From contig CAVVXN010000005.1 of NCBI GenBank assembly GCA_963752285.1, forward strand, positions 2,208,001-2,272,000: a DNA stretch of 64,000 bases, given 5' to 3'. This document shows positions 48,320 to 57,743 of the stretch, piece by piece. How positions within the stretch are numbered: the stretch's first letter is position 1; the number at the start of each line of letters is the position of its first letter. Origin of the DNA: an uncultured Planctomycetota bacterium. GTDB taxonomy: Bacteria > Planctomycetota > PLA2 > JAEUHO01. The position numbers and the translations under genes were made by a program. Under the pieces are notes generated by a model, which saw only the letters and a list, made by a program, of their open reading frames with translations, made no database searches and was not told where the DNA came from.

Positions 48320-49027
48320 TCAGTTCGTGCGGGGCACGCTCAGCCCGACCGCCTCGCAGGGCTGCTTCTTGCACGGGATGACCGGGCACGGCGCCGGGCA
48401 CTCGCACTCCGCACAGTTCTCGGAGGGCTTCCAGGCCCAGTAGCCGGGGGTGTAGAGTTCCTTCACCCACTGGACGCGATACGTCCCCGGCACGTACTCC
48501 TCGCGGCAGCGGGTGACCGGCTCCGACCAGGCCTCGGTCATGTACTTGGGCGGGATCTCGGTGCAGTACTGGATGCCCCGCTCGGTCACGACCTTGTTGC
48601 ACCACTGGTAGCAGCCGGGCTCGTAGCAGTACTTCCAGCAGTCCGCGCCCCCCGGACCCGGGACGCGCTTCCACACGTACCCGCCGGGCTTCACCTGGAC
48701 GACCGCCTGGTCGCACCGGAGGTCGGGGGTCTGACACACTCGCTGCTCGGCGGGCTTCACGCACACGTCGCGGAACCGGGTCCGCATCACGGTCTCGGGG
48801 GTGACCTGGGTCCGTGGCGGGGACACCATCACGAGGCGGGGCACGTTCCGGTAGACCGGCGGCACCCAGACCCTGCAGTACGTGGTGCAGGGCAGGGGAT
48901 CGGGGGGCAGGTCCGTCGGGAGGACCCCGCAACCGACCCCGCCCCGTGGGGCGGACTGGCACCCGACGAGGCCGAGGAGGGCCGCGCCGAGGACGGCCGA
49001 AGCGATGCGTGTGTGGCTCCGAGTCAT
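48320..49027 (-). CDS. Cysteine-rich lipoprotein with PxxY/PGxYxW repeats
   Basis: Lipobox LVGC; 19 Cys; GGGAG RBS. Confidence 0.8.
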   Translation of the reverse strand: MTRSHTRIASAVLGAALLGLVGCQSAPRGGVGCGVLPTDLPPDPLPCTTYCRVWVPPVYRNVPRLVMVSPPRTQVTPETVMRTRFRDVCVKPAEQRVCQTPDLRCDQAVVQVKPGGYVWKRVPGPGGADCWKYCYEPGCYQWCNKVVTERGIQYCTEIPPKYMTEAWSEPVTRCREEYVPGTYRVQWVKELYTPGYWAWKPSENCAECECPAPCPVIPCKKQPCEAVGLSVPRTN

Positions 49028-49306
49028 GCCTGCTCCCTACCGCGCGGACCACCGGCGCCCGGGCCGCCAGGGCCCGAACCTCCCGCGGCCTTCGTAGCAC
49101 GTCGCCGCCCGACGAGGAAGAGCCGGGGGCCCCCGCCGGAGGCCGCCGGGGCGCCCCGCCGGGCGCGGGCTCCCCGCCGAGGTCACGAGCCGGTCACCCC
49201 CGGTGCCGGCGGGACGCCGGGACCGCCCGGGGCGCCGCTTGGGAGCGACACGCGGGCTTCCACCGGGGTTCCCGCGAACCGACCGGTAGGATCGTCGGGG
49301 AGAAGC

Positions 49307-50419
49307 ATGACTCGGTCCGACCGCCCGGCCCCCACTTCGGAACCGTCCGCCGTCCCCACCCCTCCGGAACGGGTCGTGGAGGTCAAGGGCTCGCTCGGCC
49401 TCGACCGGATCTTCACCCAGGCGGAGGCGGAGGTCGTGAAGGACCTCCTCTCGTACGCGAACGCCGCCGGGGACGCGTTCGGCCGGGACCTGGACCGGGC
49501 GCTCGACTCGGGTCTCCAGGGGCTCGGCACCATCGCGCTCGCGCTCGAGACGTACCCCTCGCTCCGGCACCGCCACGTCCTCGGCCGGAAGGAGCGGAGC
49601 CTCGAGACCCTCCTCCGCTCGCTCGTCGAGAGCGGCGAGCACGCAACGGAGTGGGGTCTCCCCACGAAGGCGGTCCTCGCGCGAACGTACGGGATCGCGA
49701 AGGTCCACTTCTTCACGTCGCTCCGCTACGTGCTGGACGCCCGGGAGGACCCGGAGGCCGGCGCGCTCCGCCAGCGGCTCACGGCCGCGCTGGACGAGGC
49801 CGTCTACACGCGCCTCGCGGAGGAGCTGTACGCGTCGTTCATCGGGTCGAAGACGATGTCGCGCGAGGTGAAGGTCCTCGCCGCGGAGCACCTGATCGAC
49901 CTGTGGGAGGGCCGAACGCGCGTCGCCACGTCGCGGTTCTGCCCCCTGCTCCGCTCCGCGTGGGCCGCGCGGCTCCGCGCCCCGCGCGTGTTCGGCACGC
50001 TGCGCGGCACGCAGGAGATCGTGCAGCTCCTGTTCGAGGACTGCGACCAGGAGTTCATCGACTTCTTCGTGCGCCACGAGCACGGGTCGGAGCCCCGCCA
50101 GGCGTTCGAGGAGTTCCTCTTCGACCTGCCGTTCGAGAGCCTGGAGCGCGTGCGAAGGCGCATGCGCGAGGAAGGGCTCGCCGTCGTGGGCCCGCGCGAG
50201 GTCGAGATGTACCTCGGCTTCGGCGAGGGGCGCCTGCGCCCGCTCGTCGCCGGGACGAAGTCGCTCTACACGTCGTTCCGCAGCCGCCGTGTCAAGGCGC
50301 AGTACCGCGCGTCGATGGGCGCTCCGGGCCCCAAGCGGACCGCGGAGGCGTACGTGCTCGAGGCGCTCCTGATCCGCGAGTCGGAGAAGGGCGGGCCCCC
50401 CGCCGCGCCGGAGGCCTGA
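49307..50419 (+). CDS. Conserved hypothetical helical protein
   Basis: TAGGAT -10 and GGGGAG RBS before ATG 49307; protein-like composition; C-terminal GPKRTAE. Confidence 0.75.
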   Translation: MTRSDRPAPTSEPSAVPTPPERVVEVKGSLGLDRIFTQAEAEVVKDLLSYANAAGDAFGRDLDRALDSGLQGLGTIALALETYPSLRHRHVLGRKERSLETLLRSLVESGEHATEWGLPTKAVLARTYGIAKVHFFTSLRYVLDAREDPEAGALRQRLTAALDEAVYTRLAEELYASFIGSKTMSREVKVLAAEHLIDLWEGRTRVATSRFCPLLRSAWAARLRAPRVFGTLRGTQEIVQLLFEDCDQEFIDFFVRHEHGSEPRQAFEEFLFDLPFESLERVRRRMREEGLAVVGPREVEMYLGFGEGRLRPLVAGTKSLYTSFRSRRVKAQYRASMGAPGPKRTAEAYVLEALLIRESEKGGPPAAPEA

Positions 50420-51348
50420 TGTGCCTCGCATGCGCCGCGCTCCCCGCGGCGCGGGCCCCGGCCGACGGGGCGCCCGCGGGCCCCCCGCCGTTCCCGGGCG
50501 AGGGAGGACCGTTCCCGTGGCCCTCGGCGCCGCCGATCGGCGGGACGCTCCGCTGGACGGGCGTCGCGGGGATCGTGCTCGCGGTCGGGACGCACCGGGT
50601 CGCGTTCGACCCCTTCGTCTCGCGGCCCGGCCTGGTCGCGACGCTCTTCCGGCGTCCGCGCGCCCGGAATGACCTCGTCCGCGAGCGGTTCTCGGACCTC
50701 GACGCCGTATTCGTCGGCCACACGCACTACGACCACGCGATGGACCTCGGCGCCGTACTCGAGGCGTCGCCGCGCGCGACCGTCCACGGGAGCGCCACGA
50801 CGGGCGAGCTCCTCTTCCGGCTCGGGGCGCCGGCGACGTCCTTCGTCCTCGCCCGAGACGCGTCGCGATTCGAGGTCGGACCGTTCACGGTGGAGGCCGT
50901 CGCGTCGCGGCACGGACGGGTCCCGTACGTCGGCCGGATCGACCGGATCGAGATGCCGCGCCGCGGGCTCCCCTGGACGCCCTTCCGATACCCCCGGGGC
51001 GCGGTCCTCGCGTGGCGCGTCGAGGTGGGCGGGCGCGCGGTCTTCGTGCAGGGGAGCGCCGGCCTCGACGACGGGGCGCTCGCACGCCAAAAGCCGGCGG
51101 ACGTGCTCCTCGCGTGCCTCGCCGCGCGGAAGGGGACGCCCGGCTACCTCGAGCGCCTCGCCGAAGCCCTTCGCCCGCGCGTCCTCGCGCCCCTCCACCA
51201 CGACGACTTCTTCCGCCCGCTCTCGGATCCGCCGCGCGCGGTCCCCGGCCTCGACTGGCCCTCGTTCCTCGCCGACGCGCACGGGCTGGCGGAGCGGCAC
51301 GGGACGAGGCTCTGGGTTCCTCCGCGCGACCGGGACGTGGAGATCTGA
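50419..51348 (+). CDS. MBL-fold metallo-hydrolase (UlaG-like)
   Basis: ATG overlaps the upstream TGA; DPFVSR, GHTHYDH, SRHG, PLHHDDFF. Confidence 0.85.
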   Translation: MCLACAALPAARAPADGAPAGPPPFPGEGGPFPWPSAPPIGGTLRWTGVAGIVLAVGTHRVAFDPFVSRPGLVATLFRRPRARNDLVRERFSDLDAVFVGHTHYDHAMDLGAVLEASPRATVHGSATTGELLFRLGAPATSFVLARDASRFEVGPFTVEAVASRHGRVPYVGRIDRIEMPRRGLPWTPFRYPRGAVLAWRVEVGGRAVFVQGSAGLDDGALARQKPADVLLACLAARKGTPGYLERLAEALRPRVLAPLHHDDFFRPLSDPPRAVPGLDWPSFLADAHGLAERHGTRLWVPPRDRDVEI

Positions 51349-51461
51349 AGGGGGGAGGCCCGCCGGTCGGGGAAGCGCCGCCCGGGGACCTCGTTCTCGA
51401 CCTCGTGGCGACCGGACGCGCGACGAGCTTCCCGGCCCTCTCCTGCGCGCGGCGAGCACCG

Positions 51462-53171
51462 TCAGTCCGCGAGCACCTGCAGGTCCTGGATCGGCTCCGG
51501 CATCTGCCCTCGGGACGTGGAGCACCAGAGGGCGTCGGCCGTGATCCGGCCGAGCCGCGCGCCCTCGTCGCGGTCGAGGAGGAGCCCGAGGCCGTGGCAG
51601 GCACAGGACTCGAGGCCGCTCGAGATCCCGCGTTCCCGGAGCACGTGGAGGTACAGGTCCACCTCGCGCTCGTCGCCGATCCGTCCGAGTTCCACGAGCG
51701 CGGCCGCGCGTCGCGCGTCGGGCAGACGGGGCGAGCGCGCGACCGACTCGAGCCGCCCCACGACGGTCGGGTCTTCGAGCAGGCCGAGTGCGAGCGACGC
51801 TTCGCGGCCCACCAGGAATTCGCGGCCCTCTTCCACGGCCGTGTAGAGCGCCGCGCGCTGGTCCGCCGGCGTGTCGAGCAGGCCGAGCGCGAAGCACGCC
51901 TGGGCCGCGACCTCGGGGCTCCCCGACGCGGCGATCCGGACCACGGCGGGCCGCGCGGCGTCGGCGCGGGCGAGTCCGCACGCGAGCGACAGCGCCGCGC
52001 GCTCCTCCGCGTCCTTCGCCGTCTCCAGGTGGCGCGCGAGGAAGTCACGGACGCCCGGGTCGGGCCGGCGGCGCCCGAGGAGGCCGAGGCCGAGCGCGGC
52101 GTAGGCGCGGTCGGCGGCGAGGCCCCGCTCGAAGTGGCGGACGACCGCGGCCGCGGCCGAAGCGTGGCCCGTCCGGCCGAGCGAGACGAGCGCCATCTGG
52201 CGCGGGCGGCTCTCCTCGTCGCTCACGGCCTTCAAGAGCACCTCCGCAAAGTCCGCGTCGTCCGGCCCGGCCACGGAGCCGAGCGCCTGGATCGCCACCA
52301 TCCGGACCGTCGGGCGCGGGTCCGCCGCGGCGGCGCAAAGGAGCCGGCGGGCGTCGTCGCCCGGGATCTCTGCGAGGGCCTGGCACGCGCACCACGAGGT
52401 GTCCTTGGCCCCCCCGTCCGCGGTCTTCTCGCCGTGGAGCTGTCGTTCGACCACGGGCAGCACGTCGCGCTGGCCGAGGGCTCCCAGCGCGTACGTCAGC
52501 GGACCCAGGGCGGTCGCGTGCAGACTCGCGCTCGCGGTGCGCGCCGCGAGCCCGCGACGGCGCAGCTCGACGAGCTCCGGCACGACGCGGGCGTCGCCGC
52601 GCATGGCGAGGGCGTACGCGCCGTTCGCCCAGAAGCTCGAGAACCGATCGCGACGGCCCCGCGCGCGGTCGAGCGCGTCGAGCAGCGCCCTCGGCCCGGT
52701 CGGCTCCGGCTCGGCGTCCCCGGCGGGGAGCATCCCGATCGCGAGGGCCGCCCATCGGTGGGCCCGCCTCGACGCGCCGATCTCCGGGTCTTCGACGATC
52801 GCCGCCAGGGCGGGAAGCGAACGCACGTCGCCGAGGCGGCCGAGCGCGAGGGCGGCCTCCGACCCGACGATCTCGCGGGGGCTGTGGAGCTCGGCGAGGA
52901 GCGCCGACCGCGCGCGCTCGCGGAGGTCGGCGGCGCCGGGAACGGGCCCCGCCTCCGGCGGACGCACGCGGTAGGTCGGCGCGAGGATCGCGACCCGGTT
53001 CGCGTATCACCACATCGGCCAGCCGTCGTCGCCGAGCTTCCCGACGCTCCGGCCGCGGTTCACGAGGAGGTCGTCGGCCGACATGTCGTCGGTGCCGTCG
53101 TCCGCGCGGACGGACGCGAGGACCGGGAAGGGCGCCGAGGCCGCGAGGAGCGCGATCGGGAGCCGGCGGAT
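51462..53171 (-). pseudogene. Secreted HEAT-repeat protein with an ATC in the start position and an in-frame TGA
   Basis: GGAGGT RBS, then ATC-CGC-CGG giving (M)RRLPIALLAA...VRA-DD. In-frame TGA at 53007-53009 in GWPMW*YANR. The frame continues into the HEAT-repeat ORF 51462-52967. Confidence 0.72.
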
Positions 53172-53575
53172 CGAGACACCTCCCGGGGGCCGACCCACCC
53201 AACCGGCCCACCTACCGAGAACGCCGGAGGGAGGGCTTCGGCATGGCGCCCCGCGGCGGCGAACGTCGGGTTCGACGTGGCCACGGCGCAGGAGATCGCC
53301 GGGGTGCACGTGCCCGCGGTGGAGCTCGACTTCGGCGCGAAGCGCGAGAACGGGCCGCGCGAGGGCGCACCGGCGGATCGACACGCTCCGGAGGGACACG
53401 AGACGCGGGACGAGGGGGAGCACGGTCACGACCGGGACCGCGGCGACCCCGGGGACGGCGACCACGGCCCCGATCGGAGGTGACGCCAGCGCCGGCGGGT
53501 CCGTGGGGTCCCGTGCGGCGCGCGCAGGGCGTCGGTAGGATCCCCCCGTTTCGAGCGCGGCGGGGAGCGACGGGG

Positions 53576-54436
53576 ATGGCGAAGATCGGGTCGTCGCGAC
53601 ACCGGGACCTCGTGTACACGTCGGCGGGCGCGTGCTCGAACGTGCGCCTCTGGCTCGAGGGCGACAAGCGGTTCGACCTGTGGGTGACCGACTACGGCGA
53701 GCGGGAGGACCTCCACGAAGCGCTCGCCGACCACCACGACGCCCGGGCGGGAAAGAAGTTCCCGAACCTCTGGCACGCGCGTCGGACTTGGCCCGAGGTC
53801 TTCGACCGATACGACGCGGTCTTCGTGGCCGACGACGACCTCGTGCTCGACGCGACCGCCATCTCGCGCCTCTTCGCGATCCGCCGCGAGCACGACCTCT
53901 GGTTGCTCCAACCGGCGTTCCTCCAAAGCGGGGTCGTCAGCCACCCGATCACCTGCGTCCACCCGTGGTTCCGACTCCGGTGGACGAGCTTCGTCGAGGT
54001 GACGTGCCCGCTCTTCCTCCGGGAGCGGCTGGACCGGTTCCTCGACGTGTACGACCCGGCCGTCGTGGGCTGGGGCGTGGACTGGTGGTACCTCGACGTC
54101 CTCGGGTCCGCGTCGGACCGCCGGATCGCGATCGTGGACGAGGTCCCGTGCGAGAACCCGCGTCCCGAGACGAAGCGCGTCCCCTTCGAGACCGACGACC
54201 CGCGCTACGCCGCCTTCCACCGCGACCGCCAGCGACGGGCATGGGAGCGAATCCGTCGCGAGCAGAACATCTCGGTCCCGGAGCGCGCGTTCGTCACGTA
54301 CGGGGGGATCCCCGTGCGGTCGGCGCGGGCCGCGTGGGCGCGCGTCGCGCATCGGGCGCGCACGCTCTACGAGGCGTGGCGGGGTCGCCCGGCGCCACTC
54401 CCGCCTCCGCCGCGCGGCACACGGCCTCCGGCGTGA
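53576..54436 (+). CDS. DUF707-like (glycosyltransferase-like) protein
   Basis: YDAVFVADDDL (DxD), LLQPA, SHPIT, FVEVTCPLF, GWGVDW. Confidence 0.78.
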   Translation: MAKIGSSRHRDLVYTSAGACSNVRLWLEGDKRFDLWVTDYGEREDLHEALADHHDARAGKKFPNLWHARRTWPEVFDRYDAVFVADDDLVLDATAISRLFAIRREHDLWLLQPAFLQSGVVSHPITCVHPWFRLRWTSFVEVTCPLFLRERLDRFLDVYDPAVVGWGVDWWYLDVLGSASDRRIAIVDEVPCENPRPETKRVPFETDDPRYAAFHRDRQRRAWERIRREQNISVPERAFVTYGGIPVRSARAAWARVAHRARTLYEAWRGRPAPLPPPPRGTRPPA

Positions 54437-55295
54437 GGTCGCCCTCGCCGTCCCCGGGCGCCCACGCCGCGCCCCGGGGACGGAGGCCGACGCGCACGAG
54501 CCGAGCGCCGATCCCCGCCTCGGCGAGCGTCTCGGCGACGATCGTGCCGAGGCCTCCGATCACGGCGTGGTCCTCGACGCTCACGACGCGCGCGCGGCCG
54601 CGGAGCAGGTCCACGAGCCCCGGCACGCCGCCCTCGACGATCTCCCGGACCACCGCCAGCGCCGCGGACACGCCCCGCGCGAGGAGACGCTCGCGCGCCG
54701 CCCACGCCACCGCCGTCGCGCGCCCCATCGCGACGAGGAGGACCTGCTCCCCCGGCGCCGCGAGCCGCGCCGAGGGACGGCCGGGGGCACCGGCGGGCGC
54801 GGCGATCGGCGTCTCGGACGACTTCCCGAGCCGGTAGTAGACGGGTCCGGGCGCGTCCCAGGTCTCAAGGAGCGCATCCCTCGCGTCGTCGTCGTCCGCG
54901 GGCACCATCACGCGAAATCCCCGCAGGCAGCGCAGCACGGCGACGTCCTCGAGCGCGTGGTGGGTGAATCCGGCGGCGCCGTAGTCGAGGCCGGGGCCCA
55001 CCCCCACCACGCGGACGGGGAACCCGTGGTGCGCCGGACCGTTTCGGAGCATCTCGAAGGGACGGAGGGTCGCGAACGTCGCGATCGAGTAGACGAAGGG
55101 CAGGTACCCGCCCTCCGCCAGTCCCGTCGCGACGCCGACCAGGTCCTGCTCGGCGACGCCGACGTTCAGGAACCGATCGGGATGGCGGGCCCGGAACCGA
55201 TCGAGCACGGAGAACCCGACGTCCGCGGTGAGGAGGAAGATGCGGCGGTCCCGGTCCGCGAGGCCCGACAGGGTCTCGACGAAGGGCACCCTCAC
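54294..55295 (-). CDS. Split transketolase, pyrimidine-binding/C-terminal subunit
   Basis: LTADVG, NVGVAEQ, LRPFE, THHALED, YYRL, VEDH; GTG overlaps the upstream TGA. Confidence 0.88.
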   Translation of the reverse strand: MRVPFVETLSGLADRDRRIFLLTADVGFSVLDRFRARHPDRFLNVGVAEQDLVGVATGLAEGGYLPFVYSIATFATLRPFEMLRNGPAHHGFPVRVVGVGPGLDYGAAGFTHHALEDVAVLRCLRGFRVMVPADDDDARDALLETWDAPGPVYYRLGKSSETPIAAPAGAPGRPSARLAAPGEQVLLVAMGRATAVAWAARERLLARGVSAALAVVREIVEGGVPGLVDLLRGRARVVSVEDHAVIGGLGTIVAETLAEAGIGARLVRVGLRPRGAAWAPGDGEGDLTPEAVCRAAEAGVAPGDPATPRRACAPDARRAPTRPAPTARGSPRT

Positions 55296-56104
55296 GACGC
55301 GGCCTCCTGCTCCGCGAGCGCGCGCCGGAGCTCGTCCGGACGCATCGGGAGGTAGTGCCACTCGACGCGCCCCTCCATGAAGCTCACGCCTCTCCCCGAG
55401 ACCGTCCTCGCGATCACCGCGCGCGGGCGGTCGTCCCCGGGCGACGGCGCGAGCGCGGCGACGAGGGCGGGCTCGTCGTGCCCGTCCACCTCGCGGACGG
55501 CCCAGCCGTGCGCGGCGAAGCGCGGCGCGAGCGGCTCGAGGTCGAGGACCTCCACGGTCGGTCCGAGAGCCTGCTGGCCGTTCGCGTCCACGACCGCGAC
55601 GAGCGCGCCGAGACGATGGTGGGCGGCGAGCTGGACCGCCTCCCACGTGGCGCCCGCGTCGAGCTCGGCGTCGCTCAGGAGCGCGAACACGCGACGCGAC
55701 GAGCCCGAGGCGCGCGCGGCGAACGCCGACCCGACGGCGAACGAGAGGCCCAGGCCGAGCGAACCCGTCGAGAAGTCCACACCCGACACGGCGCGGTCGG
55801 GGTGCACGCCGAGACGTCCGCTCCCGTCGCAGTACGTGTCGAGCGTCTGCCGGTCGAGCGCGCCGGCGAGGTAAAGCGCCGCGTAGAGCGCGAGCGCGGC
55901 ATGGCCCTTGGAGAGGACGAAGCGGTCCCGGTCCGGGTCGTCGGCCCGAACGACGCGGAGCACCTTCCCGTAGAGCGCGGCCACGATCTCGACGACGGAG
56001 AGCGCCGAGCCGACGTGGCCCGTTCCCGCGCGTCCCGCGACCTCGAGCACGAGGCGTCGCACGCCGGCCGGGGTCACCGCGGGCGACGGCGCGAGCGCCC
56101 GCAC
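55292..56104 (-). CDS. Split transketolase, N-terminal ThDP-binding subunit
   Basis: GHVGSALS, DRFVLSKGH, TGSLG, SDAE...WEA...DAN, VDGHD, WHY. Confidence 0.9.
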   Translation of the reverse strand: MRALAPSPAVTPAGVRRLVLEVAGRAGTGHVGSALSVVEIVAALYGKVLRVVRADDPDRDRFVLSKGHAALALYAALYLAGALDRQTLDTYCDGSGRLGVHPDRAVSGVDFSTGSLGLGLSFAVGSAFAARASGSSRRVFALLSDAELDAGATWEAVQLAAHHRLGALVAVVDANGQQALGPTVEVLDLEPLAPRFAAHGWAVREVDGHDEPALVAALAPSPGDDRPRAVIARTVSGRGVSFMEGRVEWHYLPMRPDELRRALAEQEAAS

Positions 56105-56107
56105 GCG

Positions 56108-56686
56108 TCACCGACGGTCCCACGCCGGCACGAAGGGACGGAGCGTTGCGAGCGGGGGCAACGCCTCGTCGCGCGCCGAGACGCGCGCCTCGCGAAACGG
56201 CCACGGGATCCCGACCGCCGGGTCGCGCCAGTGACAGCCGAGCTCGTTTCGCGCGTCCCACTCCGCGGTCGTGCCGACGAGGAACGTCGCCGCGACGGGG
56301 CAGTGGACGCCATGGCAGAGGCCCGCGGGCACGGCGAGCGCGCGGCGGCCCTCGGCGCAGAGCTCGAGGACACCCGTCGCGCCCTCGGTGGGCGAGCCCG
56401 CGCGGACGTCGCACCATCCGACGACGACGACGCCGGCGAGCACCACGTAGAGCTCGTCGTGGCCGAGGTGGACGTGGAGCCCGCGGAGCACACCCGGCTC
56501 GGAGCGGACCGCGTTCCACTGGACGACCGAGAGCCACGGACACCACGATCGCCGGAAGACCTCTTGGAGCGAGCCGCGGTCATCGTCGAAACGCGGGAGG
56601 TCGAGCGCGCGCATGCCCGCGGCGAGGGACGTCGGCCCCGTGGCGAGGTCCGCTCGGGCGGCGCCTCCGGATCCCCGACCGCGCAT
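56108..56686 (-). CDS. dTDP-4-dehydrorhamnose 3,5-epimerase family (RmlC-like cupin)
   Basis: DDRG, VLRGLH, DVRAGSPT, VPAGLCHG, IPWP...VSARD. Confidence 0.85.
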   Translation of the reverse strand: MRGRGSGGAARADLATGPTSLAAGMRALDLPRFDDDRGSLQEVFRRSWCPWLSVVQWNAVRSEPGVLRGLHVHLGHDELYVVLAGVVVVGWCDVRAGSPTEGATGVLELCAEGRRALAVPAGLCHGVHCPVAATFLVGTTAEWDARNELGCHWRDPAVGIPWPFREARVSARDEALPPLATLRPFVPAWDRR

Positions 56687-56833
56687 GATGGCCCCCGCGC
56701 GCCGTGGGCTCGACCGGGAGGCCGCGGACGCGGTCGCCATCGTAGGTGGGGCCCCGCGCCACGGGAACAGGGCGGGTGGCGGACGGACGCACGACCGGTA
56801 CCATGGCGCGCCCGCCCCCGATCGGAGCGTTCG

Positions 56834-57556
56834 ATGGCCCTCGACCTGGACCGCCTCGAGCAGCGCATCGTCGGCGTGCTCGTCGAGAAGCAGAAGACGG
56901 TCCCCGCGACGTACCCGCTCACCGTGAACGCCCTCGTCGCGGGCTGCAACCAGAAGAACAACCGCGACCCCCAGATGGAGGTCGAGGCGTACGAGGTCGA
57001 GGGGGCGCTGCGCTCGCTCGCGGAGAAGGGCTGGGTGCGCGAGATGGACCTCGCGGGCGGCCGCACGCTCCGCTACGAGCACAACGCCGTGGACCAGCTC
57101 GGCGTCGACGACGCCGACCTCTCGATCCTGGCGGAGCTCCTCCTCCGGGGCCCGCAGGCGCCGGGCGAGCTCAAGACCCGCGCCTCGCGCATGCACGCGC
57201 TCGCCTCGCCGGCCGAGGTCGAGGCGCGCCTCGGCGCGCTCGCGGACCGGCCCGTCCCGTACGTCGAGCGCCTCCCCCGCCGGCCCCGGGAGCACGCCCC
57301 GAGGTGGATGCACCTCCTCGGGCCGAGCGCGCCGGACGTCGGCCGGGGACCGCCGGCCGACGCACCGCCCCCCGCCGCGGCCGCACCGTTCGCGCCGGCA
57401 CCCGTGCGTCCGTCGCCCACCGTGGCCGCGCCCTCGTCCGGCGGCCCGTCGCGCGACGCCGGGGTGGAGGTCGCCGAGGCCCTCGAGCGGATCGAGGAGC
57501 TCGAGAGCCGCCTCGCGAGCCTCGAAGACCGGCTCGACCGTCTCGAAGGACGGTAG
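56834..57556 (+). CDS. YceH / DUF480 family protein
   Basis: GVLVEKQKTVPATYPLTVNALVAGCNQKNNRDP, LLLRGPQ, WMHLL, C-terminal coiled coil. Confidence 0.92.
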   Translation: MALDLDRLEQRIVGVLVEKQKTVPATYPLTVNALVAGCNQKNNRDPQMEVEAYEVEGALRSLAEKGWVREMDLAGGRTLRYEHNAVDQLGVDDADLSILAELLLRGPQAPGELKTRASRMHALASPAEVEARLGALADRPVPYVERLPRRPREHAPRWMHLLGPSAPDVGRGPPADAPPPAAAAPFAPAPVRPSPTVAAPSSGGPSRDAGVEVAEALERIEELESRLASLEDRLDRLEGR

Positions 57557-57582
57557 GCCCCGGGCCCGCTCGGCGCACACCG

Positions 57583-57743
57583 GAGCCTGTGAAGGAATGG
57601 GCCGAGGACCCGAGGCCGAGCGAGGGGGCGCGTGGCAAGGCGCGAGGAGGGGGCGACCCCGCCGTGGGTCGCTGGCGACGAGCGACGCCGCATCGCGGCG
57701 CCGCAGCCGGCCGAAGCGCCGGACTCGATTCCTTCGCAGGCTC
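57583..57743. mobile_element. 161-bp MITE-like element with 16-bp terminal inverted repeats
   Basis: GAGCCTGTGAAGGAAT (57583-57598) versus ATTCCTTCGCAGGCTC (57728-57743), 15/16 match. No coding capacity; abuts the TGA of the Nudix gene. Confidence 0.65.

Noticed and set aside
9552..53009. UGA recoding (Trp or Sec) suggested by in-frame TGAs at 9552 and 53007
   Set aside because: Many intact genes end at TGA exactly at their expected C-termini (e.g. SSADH 16545, hemF 33447), and neither site is a Cys-equivalent position.
53240..53483. Plus-strand segment encoding ...NVGFDVATAQEIAGVHVP... with a His/Asp-rich end, a possible third His-tail gene remnant
   Set aside because: No in-frame start or RBS, short, and no GHH repeat; cannot be supported as a gene.
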